Position numbers and translations under genes: made by a program
Notes under the pieces: model-generated
Told to the model about the DNA's origin: nothing
The model's database searches: none
Seen by the model: only the letters and a program-made list of their open reading frames with translations
Assembly (NCBI GenBank): GCA_965262715.1
Contig: OZ253553.1
Location: 2,176,001 to 2,240,000, forward strand
Direction of reading: 5' to 3'
Source: Bdellovibrionales bacterium
Lineage (GTDB): Bacteria; Bdellovibrionota; Bdellovibrionia; Bdellovibrionales; JAUICD01
Length of the DNA: 64,000 nt
Shown here: positions 19,856 to 29,987 of the stretch, piece after piece
How the letters are laid out: each line of letters starts with the position of its first letter
Position numbering within the stretch: position 1 is the first letter of the stretch

Positions 19856-20206
19856 TTATTTAGGTTCAAGAACAGGCTTGTTTTTTTGAAAGTTAACAAT
19901 AGGGGTAGGAAGGTCTGATTGAGATTGACTGGTAAGATTTTGATGTGCTTTATAAAGATCAACTGCTCTCTGGAGGTTCAACCAAAAATCAGGGGTTGTA
20001 TTAAATGTAGAAGCCAATTTTAGTGCTAAAATAGTTGAAATAGGCTCTTTATTATTAATAAGTCGATTGAGCACCTTCTCATCACAGTTAATGTGATCTG
20101 CTAGATCCTTTTGCGTTAATTGAAGTGGAATAAGAAATTCTTCTTTTAACATCTCTCCAGGCGTTGTTGGCATTCTTTTTATCTTCATTATAACAACCCT
20201 CTCCAT
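19856..20206 (-). CDS. higA: HigA-family addiction module antitoxin
   Basis: TPGEMLKEEFL.PL.LTQ.DLA...LALKLA..FNTTPDFWLNLQ..VDL. Confidence 0.9.
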   Translation of the reverse strand: MERVVIMKIKRMPTTPGEMLKEEFLIPLQLTQKDLADHINCDEKVLNRLINNKEPISTILALKLASTFNTTPDFWLNLQRAVDLYKAHQNLTSQSQSDLPTPIVNFQKNKPVLEPK

Positions 20207-20243
20207 TATAATAATCGGTTGCTTAATATCTAACCTTTACCCT

Positions 20244-20527
20244 TTAATGATAATCAGTAATTTCAACTTCTTTAGCTCCTTGTTTCGTCCATTTGAAAAT
20301 AATTCTCCATTGTCTATTAACATAAATCCTATAAAAAGAATTTTGAAGTTCCTTAAGACGATTACCCGGAATTGCTCTTAAGTCTTCAATATCTGTAGCT
20401 GCTTGTATTGCATCCAGTCTTCTTAAAACAATATTTTTTAGGCCACACCACTTTACCCCTTTCGACGGTAAAATGTTCTCATAAAAAAAGTCTTCATTAG
20501 TCTATCTTTAAAACTTAAAATAGCCAT
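20244..20527 (-). pseudogene. higB: Frameshifted HigB toxin
   Basis: Fragments MAILSFKD / RRLDAIQAATDIEDLRAIPGNRLKEL / YRIYVNRQWRIIFKWTKQGAKEVEITDYH in different frames, upstream of higA. Confidence 0.8.
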
Positions 20528-20670
20528 ACATGTCTACTTGATATTTTATGTTGCTTGGTGGATTGAAAATAGATACTATCTATGACATACTATTGACATA
20601 TAATACTAATTAAATGTTGAAATAGTAAGCTTTGTCATCTGATAGTCTGGCATCCAGACAAATAAGATGG

Positions 20671-20830
20671 GGAAACATTTCCTTAATACGCTATTAAGGA
20701 ATGAAAAGATTCTCTTTTACTAAAAATGAACGGATTTTCTAGGCAATATCTTCCTGGGGCCGATGGTATAAACTTAGGCATTGTCAGAAATAGCCTTAAA
20801 AGAATAATCCAGCTCATTTTTAGTGAAACA
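20671..20830 (-). repeat. Diverged copy of dispersed structured repeat family A (reverse orientation)
   Basis: TTTCCTTAA...GATTCTCTTTTACTAAAAATG...TTTCTAGGCAAT...ATTGTCAGAAA...CATTTTTAGTGAAACA matches the reverse complement of the 158-bp unit. Confidence 0.75.
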
Positions 20831-20862
20831 AAAGTATATTTCAGTTTGAGTGAAACAATTTA

Positions 20863-20939
20863 GCGGGAATAGCTCAATTGGCTAGAGCATCAGCCTTCCA
20901 AGCTGAGGGTTGCGAGTTCGAGTCTCGTTTCCCGCTCCA
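20863..20939 (+). tRNA. tRNA-Gly(TCC)
   Basis: Cloverleaf GCGGGAA/TTCCCGC, anticodon loop CTTCCAA, encoded CCA. Confidence 0.97.
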
Positions 20940-20962
20940 AACAATGTTTTGTGTCTGCAAAG

Positions 20963-21037
20963 GCCCATGTAGCTCAGAGGTAGAGCACACCCTTGGTAAG
21001 GGTGAGGTCACGGGTTCAATTCTCGTCATGGGCTCCA
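20963..21037 (+). tRNA. tRNA-Thr(GGT)
   Basis: GCCCATG/CATGGGC acceptor, loop TTGGTAA, encoded CCA; usual position before tuf. Confidence 0.97.
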
Positions 21038-21241
21038 AACAGGATAAAAAAGACACAACAGAGCAATAAAAAGATTAAAGAATGTGAAAAAATAATTTAT
21101 AATCAATAAAGTCCCTCATGAAGGTTTATTTATTATGAAACTAAATATTCTTATAGACAAAAGAGTGTGATAAAGTTAAAAAAGAATACCTTTATGTATT
21201 TCATCTAATAATTTTAATTAATTTTTTTAAGGAGAAATGCC

Positions 21242-22432
21242 ATGGCTAAAGAAAAATTTGAACGTAACAAACCTCACGTTAACATTGGAACCATTGGACA
21301 CGTGGATCATGGTAAAACAACACTAACAGCCGCTATAACAAAAACTCTAGCTGAAACAGGTGGCGCAGTAGCGATGGACTATGAGCAAATCGACAAAGCT
21401 CCTGAAGAGAAGGAAAGAGGAATCACTATTTCAACCACTCACGTTGAATATGAAACAAACGCACGCCATTATGCTCACGTAGACTGTCCAGGTCACGCCG
21501 ACTATGTGAAAAATATGATCACAGGAGCTGCCCAGATGGATGGAGCCATATTGGTGGTATCAGCAGCAGATGGACCTATGCCTCAAACAAGAGAACACAT
21601 TCTACTTGCAAGACAAGTCGGTGTCCCTGCAATAGTTGTCTTTATGAATAAATGTGATCAAGTCGACGACCCAGAACTCCTTGATCTTGTGGAGTTAGAG
21701 ATACGAGAACTTCTTTCCAAATATGAGTTTCCAGGCGATGATATCCCAATTGTTCAAGGTTCTGCTCTTAAGGCGCTTGAGGGTGATTTATCAGATATGG
21801 GCAAACCTGCGCTTCTTAAATTGATGGAAGCCTGCGATAAATACATTCCAGAGCCTAAAAGAGACATTGAAAAGAGCTTTTTAATGCCTATTGAAGACGT
21901 ATTTTCTATTTCTGGACGAGGCACAGTTGTAACTGGCCGTGTGGACAGAGGCATAGTTAAAGTGAATGAAGAGGTAGAAATTGTAGGCATAAAAGAGACA
22001 ACCAAAACAACTGTCACTGGTGTAGAAATGTTCCGTAAGCTTTTAGATCAAGGACAAGCTGGCGATAACATTGGAGCTTTACTTAGAGGCACTAAAAAAG
22101 AAGATGTTGAAAGAGGCCAAGTCCTTGCCAAACCAGGTACAATCACTCCTCATAAGCAATTCAAAGCAGAGGCTTATATTTTAACCAAAGAAGAGGGAGG
22201 AAGACATACTCCTTTCTTCAAAAATTACAGACCTCAGTTTTACTTTAGGACAACAGATGTCACTGGTGTAGTCACCCTTAAAGAAGGGGTAGAAATGATC
22301 ATGCCAGGGGATAATGCCGAGCTGAGCGTAGAGCTTATTGCTCCTATAGCTATGGAGAAAGGATTAAGGTTTGCTATCCGTGAAGGCGGTCGAACAGTAG
22401 GTGCAGGAGTTGTTGCAGATATTACAGACTAG
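21242..22432 (+). CDS. tuf: Elongation factor Tu
   Basis: [27 protein letters not shown]...[10 protein letters not shown]. Confidence 0.99.
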   Translation: MAKEKFERNKPHVNIGTIGHVDHGKTTLTAAITKTLAETGGAVAMDYEQIDKAPEEKERGITISTTHVEYETNARHYAHVDCPGHADYVKNMITGAAQMDGAILVVSAADGPMPQTREHILLARQVGVPAIVVFMNKCDQVDDPELLDLVELEIRELLSKYEFPGDDIPIVQGSALKALEGDLSDMGKPALLKLMEACDKYIPEPKRDIEKSFLMPIEDVFSISGRGTVVTGRVDRGIVKVNEEVEIVGIKETTKTTVTGVEMFRKLLDQGQAGDNIGALLRGTKKEDVERGQVLAKPGTITPHKQFKAEAYILTKEEGGRHTPFFKNYRPQFYFRTTDVTGVVTLKEGVEMIMPGDNAELSVELIAPIAMEKGLRFAIREGGRTVGAGVVADITD

Positions 22433-22486
22433 TAAATTACTACTAGATTTTTTATTTATATTGATTTTTAGATATGTTATCGTTTT

Positions 22487-22517
22487 AGGAAGAAGGCTTA
22501 TCCTTCTTCCTTTTTTT
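22487..22517 (+). terminator. Intrinsic terminator after tuf
   Basis: AGGAAGAAGG-cttat-CCTTCTTCCT followed by a T run. Confidence 0.75.
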
Positions 22518-22523
22518 ACTTTT

Positions 22524-22879
22524 AGGGTAGTAGCTCAGCTGGTAGAGCAACGGACTTACAAATCCGTATCGCGGGTTCGACTCCTGCCTGCCCTTTTTGA
22601 CAAACAAAATGAAGGGTAGTAGCTCAGCTGGTAGAGCAACGGACTTACAAATCCGTATCGCGGGTTCGACTCCTGCCTGCCCTTTTTGACAAACGAAATG
22701 AAGGGTAGTAGCTCAGCTGGTAGAGCAACGGACTTACAAATCCGTATCGCGGGTTCGACTCCTGCCTGCCCTTTTTGACAAACGAAATAAAGGGTAGTAG
22801 CTCAGCTGGTAGAGCAACGGACTTACAAATCCGTATCGCGGGTTCGACTCCTGCCTGCCCTTTTTGACAAACGAAATAA
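22524..22879 (+). repeat. Tandem array of four tRNA-Trp-derived pseudo-tRNAs (89-bp period; starts 22524, 22613, 22702, 22791)
   Basis: Each copy keeps all four stems of the downstream tRNA-Trp but has loop CTTACAAA, variable region ATC and no GCCA end. Confidence 0.93.
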
Positions 22880-22955
22880 AGGGTAGTAGCTCAGCTGGTA
22901 GAGCAACGGACTCCAAATCCGTAGGTCGCGGGTTCGACCCCTGCCTGCCCTGCCA
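22880..22955 (+). tRNA. tRNA-Trp(CCA)
   Basis: AGGGTAG/CTGCCCT acceptor, loop CTCCAAA, G73 plus CCA, 76 nt. Confidence 0.96.
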
Positions 22956-22975
22956 TTTTCAAATTATCTTGCCAA

Positions 22976-25504
22976 TCAAATTTTTCTTTGATTATTTAAA
23001 TACGTATAAGTAGCACTATCCCCCAAAAGTTTTAAATCACTAGGAGACCCTTTGGCTACTAAGAATCCCCCTTGCTCCCCTCCATCAGGCCCTAAATCAA
23101 TAATGTAATCACTAGACCTTACAACATCTAAATTATGTTCTATTAAAATCACAGAATGCCCCTTATCCACAAGCTCCTGGAGAAGACCAATAAGCTTTTT
23201 CACATCTTCAAAATGCAGTCCAGTTGTAGGTTCATCTAATATATAGAGATTTTTTCTGCGACCAGTTTTCGACAGCTCTTTAGATAATTTAATCCTTTGT
23301 GCTTCTCCTCCTGATAAAGTAGGAGAACTTTGCCCTAAGCGAATGTAATCTAAACCCACAAGACTTAGTGTTCTTAGCTTATTTTGAATATTTATATGAT
23401 TTTTAAAAAAATCTTTAGCCTTTAAGACCGTCATGTTTAAGATATCTGAAATGCTTTGTTCTTTATATTTTACAGCTAAAGTTTCAGAATTATACCTCTT
23501 ACCCATACACACTTCACATTGAGAGAAAAGGTCAGCCATAAAATGCATTTCTACTCTCACTTGTCCTGCTCCCTGGCAATGTTCACAACGCCCAGATTTC
23601 ACATTAAAGCTAAACCTTCCAGGTTTATATCCTCTTCTTCTCGACTCTGGCAGACGAGCAAAAAGCTCTCTAATAAAAGAAAACAAACCTGTATAAGTTG
23701 AAGGATTAGAGCGAGGTGTTCGTCCAATAGCCTTTTGAGTCACATTGATCACACTATCTAAATTTTTTGCTCCTATGATATTTGTATGAGGTTGAATAGG
23801 ATATTGTGATTTATAAAAATGATTGTGTAAATGATAAAATAACGTATCCATAATTAGTGAACTCTTTCCACTACCAGAAACACCTGTTACAGATACAAGA
23901 ACTCCTAGAGGTATATCAACATCTATATTTTTCAGATTATTTGCCGATGCGCCTCTAATATGTAACCAGTTTTGCGCTTTTTTATAATTCCGTTTTTTAT
24001 TTTGATATGCTACTTTTTCTTTCCTGAGATATTGTCCTGTCAAGCCTTTAGATGTTTTTTGAACTTCAATAGGGGAACCTATGGTTACTATCTCTCCTCC
24101 ATGATCACCTGCACCAGGACCAAGATCAACAACATAATCTGACCGCAAAATGGTCTCCTCATCATGTTCTACAACTAAAATAGTGTTCCCTCGATTTTTT
24201 AATCGATCCAAACTATCTAATAACTTATGATGATCGCGAGGGTGTAAGCCTACTGAAGGCTCATCTAACACATAGGTCACGCCTATTAGACTACTTCCCA
24301 ATTGATTTGCAAGACGCACTCTTTGATATTCTCCACCTGAAAGAGACCTTGCTGGACGTAGTAAGTTTAAATATCCAACTCCAATTTCACAAAGAGTGTT
24401 TACTTTGTCTTTTAAATCAACTAAGACTCTTTTTACAATTTCATAGGGTCTTTTAGACAACGAAAGATCCTTATCTAAAAAACTTTTTAATTCATTAAGA
24501 GTCATCAAAGATAAATCAACAATTGACTTGTTATTAACAAACACGTTCCTTGCAGCAATATTCAAACGACTTCCTTCACATTCATCACAAACAATATCAG
24601 CATTTTCTATCATATCATTTTCATCATCAGATAATATAGTTGATATATGACCTGAGCCTGAACATTTTCGACAAGCTCCTTTAACATGATTGAAACTAAA
24701 ATGACTAGGTTCCAGCTCATCAAAAGAAAAATAACATTCAGGACATGTGGCAACAGTAGATAAAAAGTGCTCTTTTTCAGGTTGAAGAATTCTAATTTTC
24801 ATATAGCCATTTGATAGTTCTATAGCTGTTTGTATACTCCTTTTAATTCTTAAATAAGCTTCTGAATTCATGATCACTTGATCTATTAGCAGATCAATAT
24901 AGTGCCTTTTTGTTCTTGTAAGTATTGGTAAAAACTCTAAATCGAAAGCCTTACCATTAACAAAACACTTGATATAACCCAAATTTTGCCAATGACGTAT
25001 TTCTTTAAAAAAAGAGCCTTTTTTTCCTCTAACAACAGGGGCTAAAATTAAAAATCTATCTCCACTTTTGAAACGCAAAACCCAATCTAAAATTGTATCT
25101 ACTGATTGGCCAATAACAGCGGTTTTGTGTTGTGGACACCTAGGAGTTCCTACCCTGGCGTAAAGAAGCCTCAAATAATCATAAATTTCTGTTATTGTTC
25201 CTACAGTGGAATTTGACGCAAATGAGAGTGATTTCTGCTCAATAGAAATAGAAGGAGAAAGCCCTGATATAGAATCAATATCTGGTTTTTTGAATTTTTC
25301 TAAAAAGTTTCTAGCATAAACTGAAAAACTTTCTACATAACGTCTTTGACCTTCAGCATAAATTGTATTGAAAACTAATGAAGATTTCCCACTTCCAGAA
25401 AGTCCTGTGACAACAGTCATTTTATTCCTAGGAAGAGTGACATTGATGCCCTTTAAATTATGTTCCCTAGCTCCTAAAACAACAATTCCTTTATCCTTCA
25501 TCAA
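22976..25504 (-). CDS. uvrA: Excinuclease ABC subunit A
   Basis: GAREHNLK, two Walker A motifs (GLSGSGKSS, GVSGSGKSS), LSGGE signatures, zinc fingers. Confidence 0.97.
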   Translation of the reverse strand: MMKDKGIVVLGAREHNLKGINVTLPRNKMTVVTGLSGSGKSSLVFNTIYAEGQRRYVESFSVYARNFLEKFKKPDIDSISGLSPSISIEQKSLSFASNSTVGTITEIYDYLRLLYARVGTPRCPQHKTAVIGQSVDTILDWVLRFKSGDRFLILAPVVRGKKGSFFKEIRHWQNLGYIKCFVNGKAFDLEFLPILTRTKRHYIDLLIDQVIMNSEAYLRIKRSIQTAIELSNGYMKIRILQPEKEHFLSTVATCPECYFSFDELEPSHFSFNHVKGACRKCSGSGHISTILSDDENDMIENADIVCDECEGSRLNIAARNVFVNNKSIVDLSLMTLNELKSFLDKDLSLSKRPYEIVKRVLVDLKDKVNTLCEIGVGYLNLLRPARSLSGGEYQRVRLANQLGSSLIGVTYVLDEPSVGLHPRDHHKLLDSLDRLKNRGNTILVVEHDEETILRSDYVVDLGPGAGDHGGEIVTIGSPIEVQKTSKGLTGQYLRKEKVAYQNKKRNYKKAQNWLHIRGASANNLKNIDVDIPLGVLVSVTGVSGSGKSSLIMDTLFYHLHNHFYKSQYPIQPHTNIIGAKNLDSVINVTQKAIGRTPRSNPSTYTGLFSFIRELFARLPESRRRGYKPGRFSFNVKSGRCEHCQGAGQVRVEMHFMADLFSQCEVCMGKRYNSETLAVKYKEQSISDILNMTVLKAKDFFKNHINIQNKLRTLSLVGLDYIRLGQSSPTLSGGEAQRIKLSKELSKTGRRKNLYILDEPTTGLHFEDVKKLIGLLQELVDKGHSVILIEHNLDVVRSSDYIIDLGPDGGEQGGFLVAKGSPSDLKLLGDSATYTYLNNQRKI

Positions 25505-25546
25505 TTACCTCAATCATGGATTTGGTCACATTCCATAAAGGAAATC

Positions 25547-25576
25547 ATTTTACCTACTCTTTTGATTAGCAGTCAA
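25547..25576 (-). promoter_or_regulatory. Putative sigma70 promoter of uvrA
   Basis: TTGACT-18 bp-TAAAAT on the minus strand, about 40 bp upstream of the start. Confidence 0.45.
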
Positions 25577-25664
25577 GAGATACCTAAGGAAGTGGCAAGA
25601 TATCTGCTACAAAAATATTAATTCTTTTAAGATGTTGGAGGCTGTTGCTGTTTTGATAGTAAAT

Positions 25665-27617
25665 CCTGAGTTTGACAGTTGCGAAAATAAAGTTGAGTTA
25701 TTTTAGTTAGTTACAGTGGATGTGTGATTTTGTACCACTACATTTTGATTTTGTGGTAGAGATTTAAGAGATTGTTTGTAGGTTTAAGTAGATTCAATTT
25801 TAAGTTGTTTTGATGGGATCTTAACTCCTATAGCTTTAAATACATCAGCGTTATTGCCATAAATATCTGTTCTTATCCAAATAGTTTTGTTTTTATATCT
25901 GACAGGTATAGCTCGTACTTCTTTCAGCTTTGACATAGCTTCCGCTACACTCAATGGCCTTGACTTTATTCTCTTGTCTGTGATCGCTTTATCTTTTAAT
26001 GTGATGTTTCTTTGATGTAACTTCTTTGCAAAATAAGCCTCACATAAGTAAGATAAAAAACACACAACTAAATGACCTAATATCCTCTTATCTGTCCAGT
26101 GGAACATAGGACGTGTCTTTAATGTACCCTTCAACTCTCTAAATGAATTCTCTACCTTCCATAATTGCTTATAGTTCATTATAATCTCTTCAGAGCTTAA
26201 ATCTGTGTTTGTAATTATTCCAAAAAAACCATCTGTCCTCTCTGATTGTTCTATAGCTGACTTATTTAAAGTAGGCTTGCCTTTACTCTTAGGATGAACA
26301 ATATACTTCTTATAATTACTATTAGATAAAAAAGATCTTGTGCTTATGGACTTCTTTGATAATTGAGCTTCTATCTTAGATAGAATATCTTCTCTTACTT
26401 TCTTATCTCGTTCTGCTCTCTTTCTCGACCAGGTAATTATACAACGATCATTATTATAGCTTGTCTCGTATATAGCTAAATCTTCATTTATAAATTTAAA
26501 ATTCTTTAAATTGTATATCTCTGCATGACGATCCTTTAATAAACCTAGCTTTAATCCTACTATAAATTCATCTCCCTTTGCTTTTAATGATTGGAGATTC
26601 TCATTAGAAAATAAACCTCTATCTCCTACTAATATAAATCTTCTGATCTTAAACTTCTTTTTTAGCTTCGTCATAACTGAAGGTATTGTTTTACCTTCAA
26701 ATGTATTCCCAGGATAAACATCAAAGCCTAAGGGCATACCTTCTGTATCTACTAAAAGTCCAAATACCACTTGTGTGCAATCACTCCTCTTCTCTTTGCT
26801 ATAACCAAACCTTCGAAGATTATCTAAATCCTCACGGGTACTCTCAAATCTCAATGTCGTTAAATCATACAAAATAACATCACACTCATTGAAAAAACTT
26901 AATTGAGACTTACCTCGCATATAAAGAGTCTTCTCTATATCTTCTTTATGCTTACTTAGAATATCTAAAGAACGATAAATGTCTTGAAGATGAAGCTCCC
27001 CTTCTAAAAAATCAGGATAAAATAACTTCTGCCAGTGTGAAAATACTTTAAGCTTAGAACAAGGCTCTACAAAACGACTTATAACCAATGTAAAAATAAT
27101 CTTAACAAAATCAAATTGCACTTTACGATGCTTCTGTTTTAAATCTGTTAATAATCTATAGAGATTTAATTGTTTAAAAATAGTATCTATTATAAGCAAA
27201 GGACCTAAAATAAAAGTGTCTTTTACATCAATCTCTTTTAATAACTTACTAGCAGGAATTATCTCTAACTCTTTAGATAATACTTCTAGAAGCTTCTTCA
27301 AGTTAACTTCCTTATCCGCGGCTTTACCTAAAGACATTAGAATCCTTTGCTTCACTTGAGAACCTAATCTGTAGCTCTCAACAAGATGATAATATATGTC
27401 TCCTCTCGGATTTCTTGTAGACCTTATGAACATAAAAATACATTACAAGAAAAATATAAAAAATAAAAGAAAATAAGGTATATGACGCGTAGTGTATGAT
27501 AAATAAGTACACTACACTTTTTGACCAAAATACAAACACAATAACCGCTAATGACTATAAATACAACATTCCTTGAAAAAAATATCACGAAAATTCAAAT
27601 TAAGTGTCAAACTCAGG
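25665..27617 (-). mobile_element. IS1634-family insertion sequence, 13-bp perfect terminal IRs, 94-bp flanking direct repeats (25571-25664 and 27618-27711)
   Basis: CCTGAGTTTGACA at 25665 and TGTCAAACTCAGG ending at 27617; identical 94-bp flanks. Confidence 0.92.
25784..27433 (-). CDS. IS1634-family DDE transposase
   Basis: YYHLVESYR, YDLTTLRFES, GYSKEKRSD..QVVFGL, GDRG, YKQLWKVENSFRELK..L.TRPMFHW. Confidence 0.93.
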   Translation of the reverse strand: MFIRSTRNPRGDIYYHLVESYRLGSQVKQRILMSLGKAADKEVNLKKLLEVLSKELEIIPASKLLKEIDVKDTFILGPLLIIDTIFKQLNLYRLLTDLKQKHRKVQFDFVKIIFTLVISRFVEPCSKLKVFSHWQKLFYPDFLEGELHLQDIYRSLDILSKHKEDIEKTLYMRGKSQLSFFNECDVILYDLTTLRFESTREDLDNLRRFGYSKEKRSDCTQVVFGLLVDTEGMPLGFDVYPGNTFEGKTIPSVMTKLKKKFKIRRFILVGDRGLFSNENLQSLKAKGDEFIVGLKLGLLKDRHAEIYNLKNFKFINEDLAIYETSYNNDRCIITWSRKRAERDKKVREDILSKIEAQLSKKSISTRSFLSNSNYKKYIVHPKSKGKPTLNKSAIEQSERTDGFFGIITNTDLSSEEIIMNYKQLWKVENSFRELKGTLKTRPMFHWTDKRILGHLVVCFLSYLCEAYFAKKLHQRNITLKDKAITDKRIKSRPLSVAEAMSKLKEVRAIPVRYKNKTIWIRTDIYGNNADVFKAIGVKIPSKQLKIEST

Positions 27618-27884
27618 AGTCAAGAGATACCTAAGGAAGTGGCAAGATATCTGCTACAAAAATATTAATTCTTTTAAGATGTTGGAGGCTGTTGCTGTTT
27701 TGATAGTAAATCATTGAAGTTACAAGTTATTTCTTGCTAAAGTAATCATTTTTTGATATCTGGCAATCAGGTTTCAGGCAAAGCTGGCAAACTGTAACTG
27801 ACAAATGGATATATTCTGAGTTTTTACATCTAAAAGATTTCCTTCCGAGCTTCTGACAGGTTTTAATAAAGGAGGAAATTTTAT

Positions 27885-27960
27885 TGGTGGCTTAGGACGG
27901 AATCGAACCGCCGACACAAGGCTTTTCAGGCCTCTGCTCTACCGACTGAGCTACCAAGCC
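27885..27960 (-). tRNA. tRNA-Phe(GAA)
   Basis: Reverse complement GGCTTGGTAGCTCAG...CTGAAAA...TTCGATT...AAGCCACCA. Confidence 0.96.
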
Positions 27961-28110
27961 ACTTTTTTCTAATTTATCATAGGGTTCATTGATATAGCAA
28001 TACATTAACTTACGAATAAGATTGATTAGGTTCTAGAGTTTATTCTGAACAAGCTTGACTATCTGTTAAATCTGGCAGGTTTTAGGAATATAAGCAATAT
28101 TTTAATATAA

Positions 28111-28323
28111 TTATTGCAGTATAAATTTTTCAGGGTTACTTACAAAACCACAATGCCTACATTTTAATTGTTCCTTGATTTCTAGATAAGCAACATCAAC
28201 AGTGTAGCAAAGAGAAGACTGTTCTCCACATGCATCACAAGATTGATTTTCTTCATGCATATACATTGTCATACCAGTTTCTTTAATAGGTGAGTTTATT
28301 GATTGATTTTCTTGAATATTCAT
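28111..28323 (-). CDS. Small zinc-ribbon-like protein
   Basis: CDAC...CRHC; GGAGA RBS upstream. Confidence 0.6.
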   Translation of the reverse strand: MNIQENQSINSPIKETGMTMYMHEENQSCDACGEQSSLCYTVDVAYLEIKEQLKCRHCGFVSNPEKFILQ

Positions 28324-28412
28324 AATTCTCCTTATATTTATTCTCTTAATTGTACTTAATACTCTTACCAGACAACTTAATAGCTAAAAAAGGTTAATTT
28401 TTATTTCAACTT

Positions 28413-29987
28413 TTAATTTTGAACTACAGAAATAACCTCAAAATCAGGTGTAAACTCTTTAGAAACAACACCTAAGCAAGATTTATTTTTGGTCGACTGT
28501 TTGACTTGATAAAGAGCATTATCTGCTACCTGAATGAGTGATGTAGCATCCCAACTTAAAGATGGATACTCTGAAATGCCTATACTAACAGATAAATGTC
28601 CTAATGGTTGATGCTCACCATAAGGCAATTTTGCATTGAGTATCATGCGCCGGAGTCTTTCTGCCTTAATCATTGCCCTTTTTTTGTCCGTGTGAGGCAA
28701 TATCATAACAAGTTCTCCGTTTTTCCACTTAGAAACCCAATCTGTTTTACGGCTTGTTTTAATAAAAGCATGAGCTATCATTCTTAACAAAACATGAGTC
28801 ACCTGCTCTCCATTACGCTTCATATAGCTATCAAAATCATCAATATCAATATAAAGTAAAGATAAAGGGTGTTTGATACGATAAGCACGACTCATTTCTT
28901 GATCTAAGATTTTCATAAAGTATTTTTTATTATAAGCTCCTGTATGTAAATCACATACAAGTAAGTCTTGCGCTTTTTCTTGAAAATAAACTTTTGCTAA
29001 AAACAAATTAAATGTTTTTATATAACTGTTTACAACATCAGCGTAAATTGACTTATCTACAGATTTATAAAAAACAACAACCAATCCTAATATATCTTCA
29101 TTGACCTTTATAGGAATTGGCAAATAAGATTCTACCTGAAAAACACTTGTCATAAACTGCTTAAGTTGCTGAAAAGTGTCTGGTTCTTTTATCTTTCTCA
29201 AATAAGATTGAGGCTCTTCTTTAAATGAAATGCCAGCATTTTTAAATTGATCAGTATTTAGACCATAAGCATGCGTTACAAGTAATGATGTATGTGAAGG
29301 AATATACTTCAAATATATGGCAGGTTGACCTACTAAATCTGATAGACTATGAAGAAAACAATCGACAGCGCCATTTGTATTATTAATCACAGACAGTCTG
29401 GTTACGAATTGATCTATTATATCTATTATTTTTTTATTTACATTTTCTTCTTTACTTAGACTACTTGTACTTTCTGATCTTACTTCTAATGGAGGCTGGC
29501 TTTGATCTTTATTAGCTATTTCTGTATTTGCAGTATGAATTTTAAGATTTGAGTGAATCTGATGATCAAGTTCTTCCAATAATTGTTCATTTTGAAACTT
29601 CAAATATAATTTCTCTATAGCTTTATCTAATAAGTTTATCAGATACTTTTCCTTTATGTTTTTATCAATAACGTCATAAGCGCCCTTCTGAAAAGCTTTA
29701 TCTTTATCAGATTCATCAGAGGTGACTATTAATACCAAAATATCATCACTTGCTTTTTGAATATTTTCTAAGAAATCTAATCCATTCATTTGAGAAAGAT
29801 CTATATAACTAATGACAATGTGAGGGGGTTCTTGCACTAATCTTGCTAAAACAGCTTCTGCTGTTGAAAAATGCATGGCACCAAATCCTGCATCATTTAA
29901 AAATTGATGTAAATTATCCTGAGATGCCGTTTTTTTGGGCATAACAGTATATATTTTAAATTCACCTCTAATAGATTCTATCTTCAT
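28413..29987 (-). CDS. Receiver + GAF-like + degenerate GGDEF protein (likely c-di-GMP receptor, CdgA-like)
   Basis: REC-like N-terminus (MNGLDFL, GAYD); GGDEF fold (DLHTG.YNK, IDID.F..Y) with RKTD I-site but KNGEL in place of GGDEF. Confidence 0.8.
   Translation of the reverse strand: MKIESIRGEFKIYTVMPKKTASQDNLHQFLNDAGFGAMHFSTAEAVLARLVQEPPHIVISYIDLSQMNGLDFLENIQKASDDILVLIVTSDESDKDKAFQKGAYDVIDKNIKEKYLINLLDKAIEKLYLKFQNEQLLEELDHQIHSNLKIHTANTEIANKDQSQPPLEVRSESTSSLSKEENVNKKIIDIIDQFVTRLSVINNTNGAVDCFLHSLSDLVGQPAIYLKYIPSHTSLLVTHAYGLNTDQFKNAGISFKEEPQSYLRKIKEPDTFQQLKQFMTSVFQVESYLPIPIKVNEDILGLVVVFYKSVDKSIYADVVNSYIKTFNLFLAKVYFQEKAQDLLVCDLHTGAYNKKYFMKILDQEMSRAYRIKHPLSLLYIDIDDFDSYMKRNGEQVTHVLLRMIAHAFIKTSRKTDWVSKWKNGELVMILPHTDKKRAMIKAERLRRMILNAKLPYGEHQPLGHLSVSIGISEYPSLSWDATSLIQVADNALYQVKQSTKNKSCLGVVSKEFTPDFEVISVVQN

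Noticed and set aside
20874..21069. Short ORFs over tRNA-Gly/Thr (also 22401-22619 and 22734-22916)
   Set aside because: Shadow ORFs of tRNA sequences.
22524..22879. Four canonical tRNA genes (Val, Cys or Trp), or a CRISPR array
   Set aside because: The 8-nt loop, 3-nt variable region and missing CCA (encoded in all other tRNAs here) are non-canonical; the spacers are near-identical.
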